From assembly GCF_004010195.1 (NCBI RefSeq), contig NC_057729.1:6534372-6598371 (forward strand): a stretch of 64,000 bases of DNA, given 5' to 3'. Both the position numbers and the translations under genes were made by a program. This stretch comes from Chiloscyllium plagiosum. Lineage: Eukaryota. Below are positions 62,472 to 64,000 of this stretch, piece after piece. Below the pieces are notes generated by a model, which was not told the DNA's origin, did no database searches, and was given only the letters and a program-made list of their open reading frames with translations. How positions within the stretch are numbered: position 1 is the stretch's first letter; each line of letters opens with the position of its first letter.

Positions 62472-64000
62472 CATGCAAAAGATTGTATTTAAACTGCAAG
62501 AGAGTTCAAAACTAAGGCAGATTATCTCAATAATATATTTAATTTTGAGTGTCTCCCCTCCTGGGAGCAGATTGGTTGCCCTTCTCCTAACTTAATTGAA
62601 CCTGGATTTACAAAAAGAAATTCTGTTTTGAACAGTTTTGAATATGAATTACATTGGAAACCAAACTGATTTGTTGGATTTTGACTTTAGGGACTGGACG
62701 AAACAATTTGCCATCATTATGAGAAGTCACCAGACCATGGGTATCAACACATTGAGCAAGCAATGTTAACCATGTGGTGAGAGTAGGAATTGGATGGTTA
62801 GAGACAGCTGGTTGTGAGTTGACCACCTCCTGAAATATGTCCAAGAGAAGTGTGTAATTCTGAGCGGGCTACAGGAATGGAAACATAGCAGAGAAGTTTA
62901 AGTTAATGACACAACAGTGAAATATGATTGAAAACCATTTCTTTTGCTTCCCTATTGAATAATTGTTAAAACAGTTAAAACAAGAGGAGAAAACATAGCT
63001 ATTATATAACCGTTTATCAAGGTGAAGTTAAACTTGAAATTAAAACAAAAATACACAATGATCAACGTCTGCCTGTGAAGACAGAGAACAGCTAAAGTTT
63101 GAGGTTGGTTACACTAAACATAGCAGTAATGAACAATACTTAGTGCATCAACCAAAGCCATCAATGTGTCAGCACCAACAGTGGAGAATATACAATGTAA
63201 CAATGCAACATTACAGCGCAATATATATTAAGAGTGTCGATATTAAATAATGTGCACTATAACAATACTACAAAATAATACTCAGAATACAACAGCAATG
63301 ACATTGCAACAGTCTAATAACAACCTTATAGAAAATTACACAATGTAAAAAGCAGTACCATTACAGAAGAATTAATATAGTTCACAGTGTCAAAAATACA
63401 GCTTGCAATTGTGTTAACATTGCAAGGCAGCTGGAATAACACACCTCACAGAACAGATCATGAACCCAGAGCTTCCAACCTGTGAAAAGTTGAAATTCTC
63501 TTTAAAACTGCTCTCTCGACCCAACTGCAAGCTGTTTGACAGTACAATGGGCAAATCCCCCATTCTCCGGCACCCTCTACCCAGGAAATGTGAAATAGAT
63601 TAAAACCATGTCTAATTCTGAGTTAAGTATATGACTGACCTCTTGACTCCTTTCCCTGCCAAAACGCTCCCTCCAACCTTCCACCATAGCCAACTTCCCC
63701 TCTTTCCCAATGACCCCAGCCCCTGATTTCTCCCCAGACAGAACAACACCTGCCCAGTGAAATCTTACCCGAACTCACCATCCTAAACATTTACCACCCT
63801 ATCTAGCTGGCACCCTGTCACCCAAACCATTCACCACTTTACCCATTTGGCGCCCTACCATTTTACTCAACTGACATGCTATCACATTGTCACCTTCCAA
63901 CCCTACAATCTTGCTAATCTACCCACCTCTCACCCTCCCCACTTACCTATTTAGCTCACTCATATTCAGGAGCGCACTCAAAAGCTTTGTCAATGAACTA

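Overview
Eukaryotic, repeat-dominated non-coding DNA (intron or intergenic), almost certainly from a cartilaginous fish. The evidence is about 13 HE1-type tRNA-derived SINEs whose 3' tail matches co-resident CR1 (HER1-like) LINE ends, plus DeuSINE/SacSINE1-like relics. I recognise no host protein-coding exon, rRNA, true tRNA gene or CRISPR array. Every ORF-track entry I can identify is a transposon fragment or a chance ORF. Contents: many CR1 fragments; a second CR1-superfamily LINE family; Rex1/Babar and L2 3' ends; a fossil Gypsy pol region; two solo-LTR-like elements; several SINE families. The most notable signal is about 15 short Penelope-like (PLE) insertions of 70-480 bp. Many have 8-14 bp target-site duplications (TSDs), and most carry an intact or decayed minimal hammerhead ribozyme (CTGANGA-stem II-GAAA-palindromic stem III) with compensatory stem changes between families. 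Four are head-to-head palindromes with a short unpaired 3' tail, including a perfect 88-bp inverted repeat at 27521-27700. All calls were made by eye. Family names come from motif recall, not database searches, and boundaries are approximate unless a TSD is quoted.
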